This document shows positions 45,382 through 54,552 of a stretch of 56,972 nt of DNA, piece after piece. Position numbers and translations under genes: made by a program. The notes under the pieces are model-generated. The model searched no databases. It was not told where the DNA came from and worked only from the letters and a program-made list of their open reading frames with translations. The first letter of the stretch is position 1, and the number at the start of each line of letters is the position of its first letter. The stretch comes from a virus (taxonomy: Duplodnaviria; Caudoviricetes): positions 1 to 56,972 of the IMG/VR virus record IMGVR_UViG_3300018839_000093, one strand, 5' to 3'.

Positions 45382-46181
45382 CGGTAAAATTAGACGGTAG
45401 ACCTTTGCGTGATTTCGGCATCGAATTATTAAGTCCGCCGATTCATCCAGCAACGCCGCCAACGCACGATATAACATTGCGCGTGCCTCGAAAGGACGGA
45501 CTTTACTATTATGATACACGCTATGACGAGCGCACATTTACGCTTGAATGCGGAATTATTCGCGAGTTAGACGTGTTTGATTTGCAACGCCGTTTGCGTG
45601 AATTTGCCGTATTTTTATTAAACGAACGCGGAAAGCCGCGCGATATTAAATTGACGTTTGATTACGAGCCCGACAAGTATTATACGGTCAAATTCCGCGG
45701 ACAAATATCGCCTGACCGTATATTTGCGTTAGGATCGTTTATATTGACGTTAGTTGCGGACGACCCTTACGCTTACTCGAACGTTTCAAGCGAAGAAGTC
45801 GTTTGGGGTAACTCCGATATTGATTTTATGGCGAATTATACGCTAGGGCATGAATCGGTTCAATCCGTTCAAATAACCGCACCGACAACGGTAAAATGTT
45901 CGGTTGCTGGCGGTCTAATACGCCCAACAATCGAAATTGTAGGAACGGCAACTAGTGTGCAAATGAGCGCAAATAATAAGTCGTTCAGTTTAGGCGCATT
46001 TAGTAACGCGACGATTATGATAGATGGCGCAAGCTATAACGTGCATAAGGATGGTGTTAGCACGCTTGCACTTATGACTGGCGACTTTATCGAATTGTTG
46101 AACGGCGAAAATACGATTCAAATAAAGGGTAATGGAATGAATTTCAAATTGTGTGTGAAATTCCGCGATAAATATATTTAG
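45378..46181 (+). CDS. Distal tail protein (Dit)
   Basis: After TMP; LTFDYEPDKYY, ADDPYAY, LLNGENTI. Confidence 0.82.
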   Translation: MTVKLDGRPLRDFGIELLSPPIHPATPPTHDITLRVPRKDGLYYYDTRYDERTFTLECGIIRELDVFDLQRRLREFAVFLLNERGKPRDIKLTFDYEPDKYYTVKFRGQISPDRIFALGSFILTLVADDPYAYSNVSSEEVVWGNSDIDFMANYTLGHESVQSVQITAPTTVKCSVAGGLIRPTIEIVGTATSVQMSANNKSFSLGAFSNATIMIDGASYNVHKDGVSTLALMTGDFIELLNGENTIQIKGNGMNFKLCVKFRDKYI

Positions 46182-46201
46182 AACGAAATGGAGGCGATTT
46201 T

Positions 46202-47932
46202 ATGGCGGTTGAACATATTAATCCGACTGATTCGCTAAATACCGGTCGCGGCAAGCTGAACGCCGCGATCGACCAATCGAACGAGGCCTTAACGAAGGCG
46301 ACTAGCGCAGAAACAAAGGCGAATCAAGCGCTAATTAATTCGGAAAGTACGCAGACACAATTAGATACGATTATCATTGAAAGCGGAACATCGGACGCAG
46401 AAGTATTACAAGCGCGTACAAAAGCAGACGGTACTTCCTTTCCGCTATTAAAAGATAGATTAAATGAAGTTGATGCACAGTTGGCGGATATAGCGGTTAA
46501 TATAAAAAATTATTGGTCAACAACCCTGGAAGCAGCTTTACAAGCAGCACATGATGCACTACCTCCAACAGGTGGTATAATTTTAATTCCTCAAAATTTA
46601 GAAGTTACTTTAACTAATTCTATTAATATAACCAAACCCAATGTTTGTATTATGGGTATTAGTGGTAAATATGGTTTAGCAAAAATAAAAGGAACTACAT
46701 CAAATATGACCATGTTTAATGTTGATAACTACGGTTTTACTTTAAAAGAATTGGGTATATATGGAGATGGAGTTATTGGCGATTCCACAACAGCAACTAT
46801 CATCCCATTTAAAATAAATGGAACGGTGAATGGTGACGCAGATTGTTTTTTAGAAAATGTTATTATATCTCAATGCAAAAACGCTGGTGAATTCAAAGGT
46901 CGAAATATTCGTATTAAGAATAATGTATTAGTTTCAAATTGCTTTAATGGTTTTAGGGTACTTGGTGGTTTTACAGATATGAGAGGTGTTGAGATTTTTG
47001 ACGTTAGATTCCATAGCTTGGGTATAGGGAATAATACTGGAACAAAAACAAGCTGTATCTATATTGAGCCAACAGCAAATTATAAAGAGGTTAAAATTAA
47101 TGTTTACGCTGACGATTGTGAGCAGGTAGTGAGTGGTGCTATTAGTTCAGGTATAATAGCACATTGCATGAGTTACCGAGCGAGAGCAGAGTTATTTGAT
47201 ATTGATAATTCACTATTAACAACCCCTAACTCTGAACGACAACTTAAAATAACAGATAACTCTATCAGCTTTTATACGACTAATAATGGAAGTTATGGTA
47301 TGAAACTAAAGGGGCTAGGCTTTCAGGTGAATAGCAACACGATTCAACGTTCATCTAAACATGGCATATTCGCCGACAGTGTTACTGATAGTGAAATACA
47401 CGATAACACCATCAGTAATTGTGGGTATGAAGCCAATAGTGATGGAATACATTTAACGGTTAATTCTGTACGTAATACAATAAAAGATAACATCGTGAAA
47501 AAAAATGATGTAAATTGTATAACAAGATATGGGATTTGTGTAGAAGGTTCAGAAAATCAATTTGATAACAACACCACGTTTGGACTACCCTCTGGTAACG
47601 AATTTTATATAAATCCTACTACAAGCAAATTAGCTTATGGTGACACTAGATCGCCTTTTGTGAAACAACGTGTCACACAAGGTACATCAGCACCAAGTTC
47701 AGGAAGATGGCTTGCGGGTGATATTTGTTATAATACTTCACCAACGGCAGAAAAAAACATTGTTTATTGGGTATGTATTGTTGGAGGAACACCAGGAACT
47801 TGGAGAGCTGTTGGAATAGGACAAGGAACCACAGCGAATAGACCAAGTTTAACAAATCGAGATATAGGATATTTATACTTTGATACAGACTTACAAAAAA
47901 TGCTTTACTATGATGGAACAGGTTATAAATAG
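46202..47932 (+). CDS. Tail spike / receptor-binding protein with a right-handed beta-helix
   Basis: Anchor SDAEVLQAR...LKDRL, then ALQAAHD...GGIILIP and Asn/Ile-rich beta-helix repeats; AT-rich after ~46495. Confidence 0.8.
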   Translation: MAVEHINPTDSLNTGRGKLNAAIDQSNEALTKATSAETKANQALINSESTQTQLDTIIIESGTSDAEVLQARTKADGTSFPLLKDRLNEVDAQLADIAVNIKNYWSTTLEAALQAAHDALPPTGGIILIPQNLEVTLTNSINITKPNVCIMGISGKYGLAKIKGTTSNMTMFNVDNYGFTLKELGIYGDGVIGDSTTATIIPFKINGTVNGDADCFLENVIISQCKNAGEFKGRNIRIKNNVLVSNCFNGFRVLGGFTDMRGVEIFDVRFHSLGIGNNTGTKTSCIYIEPTANYKEVKINVYADDCEQVVSGAISSGIIAHCMSYRARAELFDIDNSLLTTPNSERQLKITDNSISFYTTNNGSYGMKLKGLGFQVNSNTIQRSSKHGIFADSVTDSEIHDNTISNCGYEANSDGIHLTVNSVRNTIKDNIVKKNDVNCITRYGICVEGSENQFDNNTTFGLPSGNEFYINPTTSKLAYGDTRSPFVKQRVTQGTSAPSSGRWLAGDICYNTSPTAEKNIVYWVCIVGGTPGTWRAVGIGQGTTANRPSLTNRDIGYLYFDTDLQKMLYYDGTGYK

Positions 47933-48002
47933 GTGACACATTTAATAAAATATAGATTAAAATATTAACAAATACCCCATAAATTGTTAAAATATTATAG
48001 GG

Positions 48003-48221
48003 GTGGTTAATATTAACAGTAATTCAAGGGATCATTTAAAAGTCATTCTTGGGATTACTAAAAGTAATAAGACAACAAAAAGATGTCGTGATTGCTTGTT
48101 TCAAAATAAAAAGATTTGCCAAATTCACCAAATAAAAATACATCATGATGATTACTGTAATAGATTTAATAATATAAAAAGAATAAAAGTAGTAAATGGC
48201 GGTTTAATATCGTCAAAGTAG
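48003..48221 (+). CDS. Small Cys-rich AT-rich protein
   Basis: CRDCLF...CQIH...YCNRF; start codon uncertain. Confidence 0.5.
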   Translation: MVNINSNSRDHLKVILGITKSNKTTKRCRDCLFQNKKICQIHQIKIHHDDYCNRFNNIKRIKVVNGGLISSK

Positions 48222-48239
48222 GAAGTTACTGCGCAATAA

Positions 48240-48270
48240 GACATCGCTAAAAATGGCGGTGTCTTTTTTT
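48240..48270 (+). terminator. Rho-independent terminator
   Basis: GACATCGC...GCGGTGTC followed by T7. Confidence 0.75.
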
Positions 48271-48292
48271 ATTTGAACGGAGGTGATACGCC

Positions 48293-50137
48293 ATTATTAA
48301 AATACTCGACTTAAACCGTCAACCCGTCGCTATTCTCGAAAACGCCTTCGACGACGGCTATACGAAACGCGAAAACGATTTATGGACGGCACATTTTTCG
48401 CTACCACTCGACGACCCAAAAAACGACTTTTGCTCGCCCTTAAATTTCGTTGAAATGACGGACGACCTAACGGGCGAATATATCGGACTGTTTCGCATTG
48501 TTCCATCTTATACGGAAAAGGACGAATCAACGGCGCAAATTAAATACGAATGTGAGCACGTTTTGTCTACGTTATTAGACGACGTGCTTTTTTTGTACCA
48601 TGATAAGTTGGACGCAAGCACGGCGGACGTGATCGCCTATATTCTCGAGCAACAAAGCGTCAAGCATTGGCGCGTCGGCAACGTTCAGATAACGCGCTAC
48701 TTTTCGTACAAGTGGGAAAACGCAAACTTGCTCGAAGCTCTTTTCAGCATAACGGAACCATTCGACGTGCCGGCGCTATGGACGTTTGATACAACGACTT
48801 ATCCGTGGACGCTCAACCTCGTACAGCCTGACGAATTGCCAACGTGCGAAATACGCGAAGGCAAGAATCTCGTCGGCTTTCAAATCGAGCGCAACCCCAT
48901 GTCGCTATATAACCGCATTTATCCGCTAGGCTACGGTGAAGGCGTCAATCAGCTTACGATAAAGGACGTTAATAACGGCGTGCCATACGTTGAGGATGCG
49001 GAATCGATTGCGCAATATGGCGTTAGAGCGACAACGTGGGTAGATAGGCGCTTTGAGAACGCCAACGCATTAAAAGCGTCTGCAATTGCGCTATTAAACG
49101 AATGGAAAACGCCACGCGTATCGTGGCAAGTGGGCGCTGCGGACATAAGCGCTATCACGGGCGAGGATATTGACCGCTTTAAGCTCGGCCGTGTTGTTCG
49201 GATTGTAACGGACGAATACGGCGCAGTCGATATGCGAATTGTGACGGAATCAAAGCCGAATATGAGCGGTGCGCCCGGCGATATACGGCTCGAAATCGGC
49301 AATGTTAAGGCGAAGTTAGATACGACGCTTGCCGACCTTGACCGAAGGCAACGTATTAACGAACTATACGCGCAAGGTGCAACAAGCATGCTATTAATTC
49401 CGCATAATGATAACGCCGACCAATCGAATCCGGCGGTCATGCGTTTTTATTATCCGGAAGAATTCGTCCGCATTAATAAATGCCTATTAAGTTATAAGAC
49501 GGAAGAATTTCGTGCTTATTCGCGTGCAACGAAAGGCGGAGGTGCAACGACGCAGACGACATCAAGCGGTGGAGGAACCGCAAAATCAACAGCTAGTGGA
49601 GGAGGAAGCACACAAACGTCAAGCGCTGGCGGAGGTACTACCGTTTCTAGTTCAAACGTAGACTTCGCCGGTGCTAATTTAAGAACTGATATTCCATACG
49701 GATCTATAACTCCGCCATACGAAACACACGAACATTTAGTTCCATTATTACCAGGTCAATTAGCGCATAGTCATAGTGTTACTGTTCCAAATCATACGCA
49801 TTCAATTAGCATCCCTTCACATACTCACGATTTTGATATACCTAATCATACTCATTCAGTAACAATCCCGAATCACACGCATGATATAGAATACGGGATT
49901 TATAAATTAACAACAAAGCCGACAAGCGTTACTATAAAAGTTGACGGGAATGCGGTACCAGGAAATAAACTAGAAGCGGATAATATCGATCTAATTCCTT
50001 ATTTGTCAAAGGACGCAAAAGGAAATGTACTTCGCGGATGGCATACGGTTGAAATTACGCCAAATAATTTAGGTCGAATTAACGCGCAAGTTTCAACGCA
50101 ATATTTTATCCAATCACGCGGAGGTGTGAATTTATGA
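48293..50137 (+). CDS. Baseplate hub / tail endopeptidase-like protein (Tal)
   Basis: GKNL...NRIYPLGYGEG, SIAQYG; C-terminal HTH/HSH repeats; frame open upstream to ATT 48293 after GGAGGTGA. Confidence 0.82.
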   Translation: MIKILDLNRQPVAILENAFDDGYTKRENDLWTAHFSLPLDDPKNDFCSPLNFVEMTDDLTGEYIGLFRIVPSYTEKDESTAQIKYECEHVLSTLLDDVLFLYHDKLDASTADVIAYILEQQSVKHWRVGNVQITRYFSYKWENANLLEALFSITEPFDVPALWTFDTTTYPWTLNLVQPDELPTCEIREGKNLVGFQIERNPMSLYNRIYPLGYGEGVNQLTIKDVNNGVPYVEDAESIAQYGVRATTWVDRRFENANALKASAIALLNEWKTPRVSWQVGAADISAITGEDIDRFKLGRVVRIVTDEYGAVDMRIVTESKPNMSGAPGDIRLEIGNVKAKLDTTLADLDRRQRINELYAQGATSMLLIPHNDNADQSNPAVMRFYYPEEFVRINKCLLSYKTEEFRAYSRATKGGGATTQTTSSGGGTAKSTASGGGSTQTSSAGGGTTVSSSNVDFAGANLRTDIPYGSITPPYETHEHLVPLLPGQLAHSHSVTVPNHTHSISIPSHTHDFDIPNHTHSVTIPNHTHDIEYGIYKLTTKPTSVTIKVDGNAVPGNKLEADNIDLIPYLSKDAKGNVLRGWHTVEITPNNLGRINAQVSTQYFIQSRGGVNL

Positions 50138-50316
50138 CGACAACAATACGATGCTTGACGCATGACGGACGCGAGTATATAATAGACATAGAAAATTACA
50201 ATCCGGAGTTAATTAATAACCAAATAAACGATAATAATGTAACAACGGTATTGCTCGGGGATCATATACTTGCAAGAATAACAATCAAGGAAATAGTACC
50301 AATTAAAGAAAATTAA
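50134..50316 (+). CDS. Small tail-associated protein
   Basis: Coupled to tal. Confidence 0.6.
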   Translation: MTTTIRCLTHDGREYIIDIENYNPELINNQINDNNVTTVLLGDHILARITIKEIVPIKEN

Positions 50317-50379
50317 TCTATTTTTATACTTGAAAAATTCGTTAATTTGGTTTTAAATTTAAGTAAGTGAGGGGATAAT

Positions 50380-50697
50380 ATGAAAAAATTTTTAATCTCT
50401 TTAATGGTATTAATGGTTGTCATTGTTGGGTGTTCAAGTAAGGAAAATAGTGAAACATTAAAGAAATCAGAAGAATTATTTGAATTAATGGTTTCCGCAC
50501 ATGAAAACGGAAGAATGTTAACCGCAGAAGAACAGCAGGAAATTAATGATTTTTATTTATATAAACCTTTAAAGGAACGCGGGGATGAATTAGATTTTGC
50601 TTTAAATCAAATGTTTTTAAATTTCGGAAATAAAAATGCCTTTGAAGAATTTAAAAAGAGAGCAGAAGTTGCTTTAAAAGAAAAAAATAACGAGTAA
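50380..50697 (+). CDS. AT-rich lipoprotein (moron)
   Basis: MKK + hydrophobic stretch + IVG-C lipobox; own terminator. Confidence 0.75.
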   Translation: MKKFLISLMVLMVVIVGCSSKENSETLKKSEELFELMVSAHENGRMLTAEEQQEINDFYLYKPLKERGDELDFALNQMFLNFGNKNAFEEFKKRAEVALKEKNNE

Positions 50698-50701
50698 ATT
50701 T

Positions 50702-50725
50702 AGGCGCCATTTCAGGCGTCTTTTT
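50702..50725 (+). terminator. Terminator after the lipoprotein gene
   Basis: AGGCGCC-ATTTCA-GGCGTCTTTTT. Confidence 0.7.
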
Positions 50726-50752
50726 ATTTTGCACGAAAGGAGTTGGCGGAAT

Positions 50753-50947
50753 GTGGAGCACCGCATTGAAAAGCTAGAAGCGGACGTCAGCGAATTAAAG
50801 ACGCGCATGGCGGTCGCAGAATCGAATATAAAGGATATTCGCGAAGATATTACGTCAATTAAAAGCAATACGACGTGGATTCTTCGCTTAATTATTGGCG
50901 CTATTGTTACGGGTGTTTTGGGACTATTAATTAAAGGAGGAATTTAA
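50753..50947 (+). CDS. XhlA-like lysis protein
   Basis: Coiled coil, NTTWILRLIIGAIV, C-terminal TM. Confidence 0.8.
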   Translation: MEHRIEKLEADVSELKTRMAVAESNIKDIREDITSIKSNTTWILRLIIGAIVTGVLGLLIKGGI

Positions 50948-50949
50948 CG

Positions 50950-51189
50950 ATGAAAGCAACGATTATTCGTACGATTGTATTGGCGGTGGCTTTGCTAAAT
51001 CAAACGCTAGTATTGGCGGGCTATTCTCCGCTACCATTCGATGACGCGCAAGTGGAGTCAGCGGTAACGGCGCTATTTACAGTTGGCGCGACGTTATGGG
51101 CGTGGTGGAAGAATAATAGCTTTACAGAAGAAGCGCGTATCGCAGACGATCTGTTACGTGAAATGAAACGTAAAAAGGGTGATGCGTAA
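50950..51189 (+). CDS. Holin (SPP1 family)
   Basis: TIIRTIVLAVALLNQ...WAWWKNNSFT. Confidence 0.9.
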   Translation: MKATIIRTIVLAVALLNQTLVLAGYSPLPFDDAQVESAVTALFTVGATLWAWWKNNSFTEEARIADDLLREMKRKKGDA

Positions 51190-52235
51190 TGATTAAACCG
51201 CGTCAAAAATTAGTGCCCGCGAGTAAGTATTCGATAAAATGTCCGTACAGCATGAACGCGGAATATATCACCGTGCATAATACGGCAAATGATGCTTCCG
51301 CGGAAAACGAAATCGACTATATGATTCGGAACAATTACGAGGTATCTTATCATTTTGCGATTGACGATAAAGAAGTCGTGCAAGGACTTCCGCTCAATCG
51401 AAACGGCTGGCATGCGGGCGATGGCGGTAACGGACCTGGCAACCGCAAGTCAATCGGTGTTGAAATCTGCTATTCTAAATCGGGCGGTGAGCGCTATAAA
51501 AAAGCGGAACAGTTAGCGGTTAAATTTATTGCGCAATTATTAAAAGAACGCGGATGGGGAATCGATCGCGTTAAGTCGCATAAATATTGGACGGAATTAG
51601 GCGTTAAAAATGGACGTTCAAGCTACGTTAAAAACTGTCCGCATCGTATCTATGATGAAGGACGTTGGCAGTCGTTTTTAAACGAGATTGAAAACGAACT
51701 AAAAGGCGCTTTGCCACAACCAAAGCCGTCTACACTATACCGCGTGCGCTTATCTTGGGCGGATGAAAAATCGCAAATAGGCGCATATAGCGAATTAAAG
51801 AACGCAATTAAAATAGTGGACGACAATCCGAAATATAAGGTATTTAACGATAAGGGCGAAGTTGTTTATGAAGTAAAGACCGCACAGCCGAAGGCACCTT
51901 CAAAAACGTATAAAGTAGTCGCAACTATAAACGGATACTATACGGCGGCAGACGCTAAATCACGCAAAAATGCGAAAACAAAAGTAAATGCCGGCGACTA
52001 TTATATTTATAACGAGCATAGCGGTATGATTAACGTAACCAAGAAGGCGGGAATGCCTGGTGCGTGGATTAATCCTGCGGATAATAAAGCAGCCGTTTAT
52101 CATATCGTTAATGCAGGTGAAACGTTGTGGAGTATTTCGCGAAAATATAATACTACAATAGATAACATCGCAAAATTAAATAATTTGAAAGATAAAGATT
52201 TAATTTACCCTAAACAAAAACTTCGCATAAAATAA
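51189..52235 (+). CDS. Endolysin: N-acetylmuramoyl-L-alanine amidase with C-terminal LysM
   Basis: ITVHNTAN, WHAGDG, IGVEIC, KNCP; LysM GETLWSISRKYNTT. Confidence 0.93.
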   Translation: MIKPRQKLVPASKYSIKCPYSMNAEYITVHNTANDASAENEIDYMIRNNYEVSYHFAIDDKEVVQGLPLNRNGWHAGDGGNGPGNRKSIGVEICYSKSGGERYKKAEQLAVKFIAQLLKERGWGIDRVKSHKYWTELGVKNGRSSYVKNCPHRIYDEGRWQSFLNEIENELKGALPQPKPSTLYRVRLSWADEKSQIGAYSELKNAIKIVDDNPKYKVFNDKGEVVYEVKTAQPKAPSKTYKVVATINGYYTAADAKSRKNAKTKVNAGDYYIYNEHSGMINVTKKAGMPGAWINPADNKAAVYHIVNAGETLWSISRKYNTTIDNIAKLNNLKDKDLIYPKQKLRIK

Positions 52236-52241
52236 AGAACT

Positions 52242-52263
52242 GCCCTTCTTATAATAGAAGGGC
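52242..52263. terminator. Hairpin between convergent genes
   Basis: GCCCTTCT/AGAAGGGC. Confidence 0.55.
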
Positions 52264-52452
52264 TATATCATCTTTTCCATTAATAATTACTTTCTCTAAA
52301 GTAAAACTTTGATATTCTCCTCTTAATTGATCTATCCACTTTCTCGCAACTCTAATAATTTCATCATCCGTATTCTCCCGAATCGGAAACGAACCTCGAC
52401 GCATTATATTAGATACATTTCCTTTAAAATGAACCTCAATGCTTACATACAT
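52249..52452 (-). CDS. Small hypothetical protein
   Basis: GGGTGA RBS; RRGSFP...LEKVIING. Confidence 0.55.
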   Translation of the reverse strand: MYVSIEVHFKGNVSNIMRRGSFPIRENTDDEIIRVARKWIDQLRGEYQSFTLEKVIINGKDDIALLL

Positions 52453-52725
52453 TTATATCACCCATTACAATTATATTACATTTTCGCAGGTACACGCATT
52501 ATTTTATGCCCGACCGCATACGCTTTACTAGCGCATAAGCGCGACGTCAAAGCGACCTTGCCCGTTCTATTGGCTTCATTTGCTCGTTGGCTTTTAAAAG
52601 CCGGCGGGCTTATTTTATTTTTTGCGGACGTGCAAAATCGCTCAAATCGGCGCATATTGATTAGTAACTACGTCATAACCAACTTGGCGAGGTTAATAAC
52701 TAATTAATAACGAGGTGATGGACGT

Positions 52726-53553
52726 ATGCCATTAATCGTAGGCATTGACGCCGGCAATAACGAAGTAAAAGTCGCCTATCAAAACGGCGTCGATAAGTTC
52801 GCAAGCGCCATCGGAGAATACCGCGAGCGCAATATCGTCAACAGGCATGGCGACGACGATATGATATTCGAATTTGAAGGACGGCTAGGCTTCGCGGGCA
52901 CGTTGGCGCTGGCTGAATCGGAATTTGCAGGCGCTATTATGGGCGATAGTAAGGCGCATGAGGACGCAAAGCTACGGATATTACTTGCGCTACACCGAAT
53001 CAAGACGGCGCATAATTGCTTTAGAATCGTGGTCGGTCAGCCAATCGGAAAGCATAATAGCGAGGAAAAAGACGCTATCAAACGCATGCTAATCGGCACG
53101 CATGAGTTAATCGTAAACAAGGAACGGAAATGGATAACGATTGATCGCGTGGAAGTGGCGGCAGAGGGCGGTGTTGCTTTTTGGTCGGCGCCGCGCGAAG
53201 GTTTATTGCGGATTATAGATGTCGGAAGTGCTACCGTTAATTGCGCCACGCTACTTAATAAGCGCTATATCGACCGCGATAGCTTTACGTTGCCGTTCGG
53301 CTTTAGCACGGTCAAGACGCGAGATATGAACGAACTAGCGCGCGGCATCTTTACGCAAACGTCTAAAAAATGGTCGGCGAGCGATGATGTTTTAACCGTG
53401 GGTGGAATCGCGGACCAAATCGCAGAATCTTTACGCAAATACTATCCGCGCGCTAGGTCGGTCAGCCCAACGCTAGATGGCGAAGTATATCCGCCAATCT
53501 ACGCCAATGCTATCGGTATGTATACGATAGGGAGGGCGATTTATGGCAACTAA
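52726..53553 (+). CDS. parM: ParM/StbA actin-like ATPase
   Basis: GIDAGNNEVK, VAAEG, IIDVGSATVN, VGG, ANAIG actin-fold motifs. Confidence 0.88.
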   Translation: MPLIVGIDAGNNEVKVAYQNGVDKFASAIGEYRERNIVNRHGDDDMIFEFEGRLGFAGTLALAESEFAGAIMGDSKAHEDAKLRILLALHRIKTAHNCFRIVVGQPIGKHNSEEKDAIKRMLIGTHELIVNKERKWITIDRVEVAAEGGVAFWSAPREGLLRIIDVGSATVNCATLLNKRYIDRDSFTLPFGFSTVKTRDMNELARGIFTQTSKKWSASDDVLTVGGIADQIAESLRKYYPRARSVSPTLDGEVYPPIYANAIGMYTIGRAIYGN

Positions 53554-53758
53554 AAATATTATACGCAAATCCGTCGTGTTTAATGTAGCGGACCCTTTGC
53601 AGCGATCACTTTACGAATACGCGACACAATTTACGAATTTTTCCTACTATATAAAAACTCTTATTCAACGCGATATGGATGGCGCTCGAATACCGAGTAA
53701 AAACGAAAAAGAAGTCGCGTCGGATATAGACGCAACCTATATTAAGGATTTAATTTAA
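53543..53758 (+). CDS. ParR-like ribbon-helix-helix adaptor
   Basis: KSVVFN...NFSYYIKTLIQRDM, coupled to parM. Confidence 0.65.
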   Translation: MATKNIIRKSVVFNVADPLQRSLYEYATQFTNFSYYIKTLIQRDMDGARIPSKNEKEVASDIDATYIKDLI

Positions 53759-53823
53759 CCGCCTAAAATCGTAGTAACAACCGCAATCATTGCTCCGATA
53801 CCAAATCCTACTAAAAACGGCAT
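53755..53823 (-). CDS. 22-aa hydrophobic peptide (not in ORF track)
   Basis: GGAAGGAG RBS; MPFLVGFGIGAMIAVVTTILGG. Confidence 0.55.
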   Translation of the reverse strand: MPFLVGFGIGAMIAVVTTILGG

Positions 53824-53907
53824 AGTCGATTCTCCTTCCGGTTTATATTCCTTGTTCCTAATTTAACCGCAAGTTTGCGGAATTATTCAACGAAAGGATT
53901 GATAATT

Positions 53908-54246
53908 TTGGCGAAAGTTCAAACGATAGACTTTCGTTCGTTCATGCGCGGTGAAACTATGCCGCCGAAGGTTCCGATGAAGTTAATAAAGGCAGGTGCG
54001 GGCGTTTATTTAGCGCTTGTTCCGAAATATGCGTTCGCTAGCACGGGCGCGCAGACGTTTGCGAAGTTATGGGTAAGCGTTATCGGAATTGTCGATTGGA
54101 TAGCGGTCGGCGTGTTTATATTCGCAGGCGTGGCGTGGATGTTCGGTCATAGGACGAAAGCGCTCGAGCATATTATCGGCGGCGCAGCGGGCTACTTGCT
54201 TTGCAAGCATGCGGTAGATATTCGCGACTTTTTAAAAGCGTTATAA
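53908..54246 (+). CDS. VirB2/TrbC pilin-like membrane protein
   Basis: Leader ending AFA, then two hydrophobic helices. Confidence 0.6.
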   Translation: MAKVQTIDFRSFMRGETMPPKVPMKLIKAGAGVYLALVPKYAFASTGAQTFAKLWVSVIGIVDWIAVGVFIFAGVAWMFGHRTKALEHIIGGAAGYLLCKHAVDIRDFLKAL

Positions 54247-54258
54247 GGAGGCGTTCAT

Positions 54259-54552
54259 ATGAAATTCGTTTTAACAGCGGAAGGCATGTCGCTAGCCGAA
54301 CGCGGACAAATAGACGCTTATGAGCATGCGGGTCAAACTATATGGTCGTGGATGGGCGATAAATTGGCGGATGGCATAGCATCAATATTTACGGACTTAC
54401 TGAACATTATTACGGCTAATATGCCCGAAATTGGCGCTTTTATCACGATCATTTGTGGCGTTGGCATTATGCTAACGGGCAATTTTGCGAAATGGTTTAT
54501 GCGGTGGGGATTCGCAATGTTAGGGGCGGTCATATGGCTACTAAACGCATAA
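54259..54552 (+). CDS. Membrane protein (2 TM)
   Basis: AAGGAGG RBS, hydrophobic C-half. Confidence 0.65.
   Translation: MKFVLTAEGMSLAERGQIDAYEHAGQTIWSWMGDKLADGIASIFTDLLNIITANMPEIGAFITIICGVGIMLTGNFAKWFMRWGFAMLGAVIWLLNA

Noticed and set aside
46179-46190. TAGAACGAAATG as another cassette left end
   Set aside because: Partial match followed by core-like sequence with no composition shift; may be chance
52327-52707. 126-aa plus-strand ORF
   Set aside because: TTG start without RBS; overlaps a minus-strand gene and the parM promoter region
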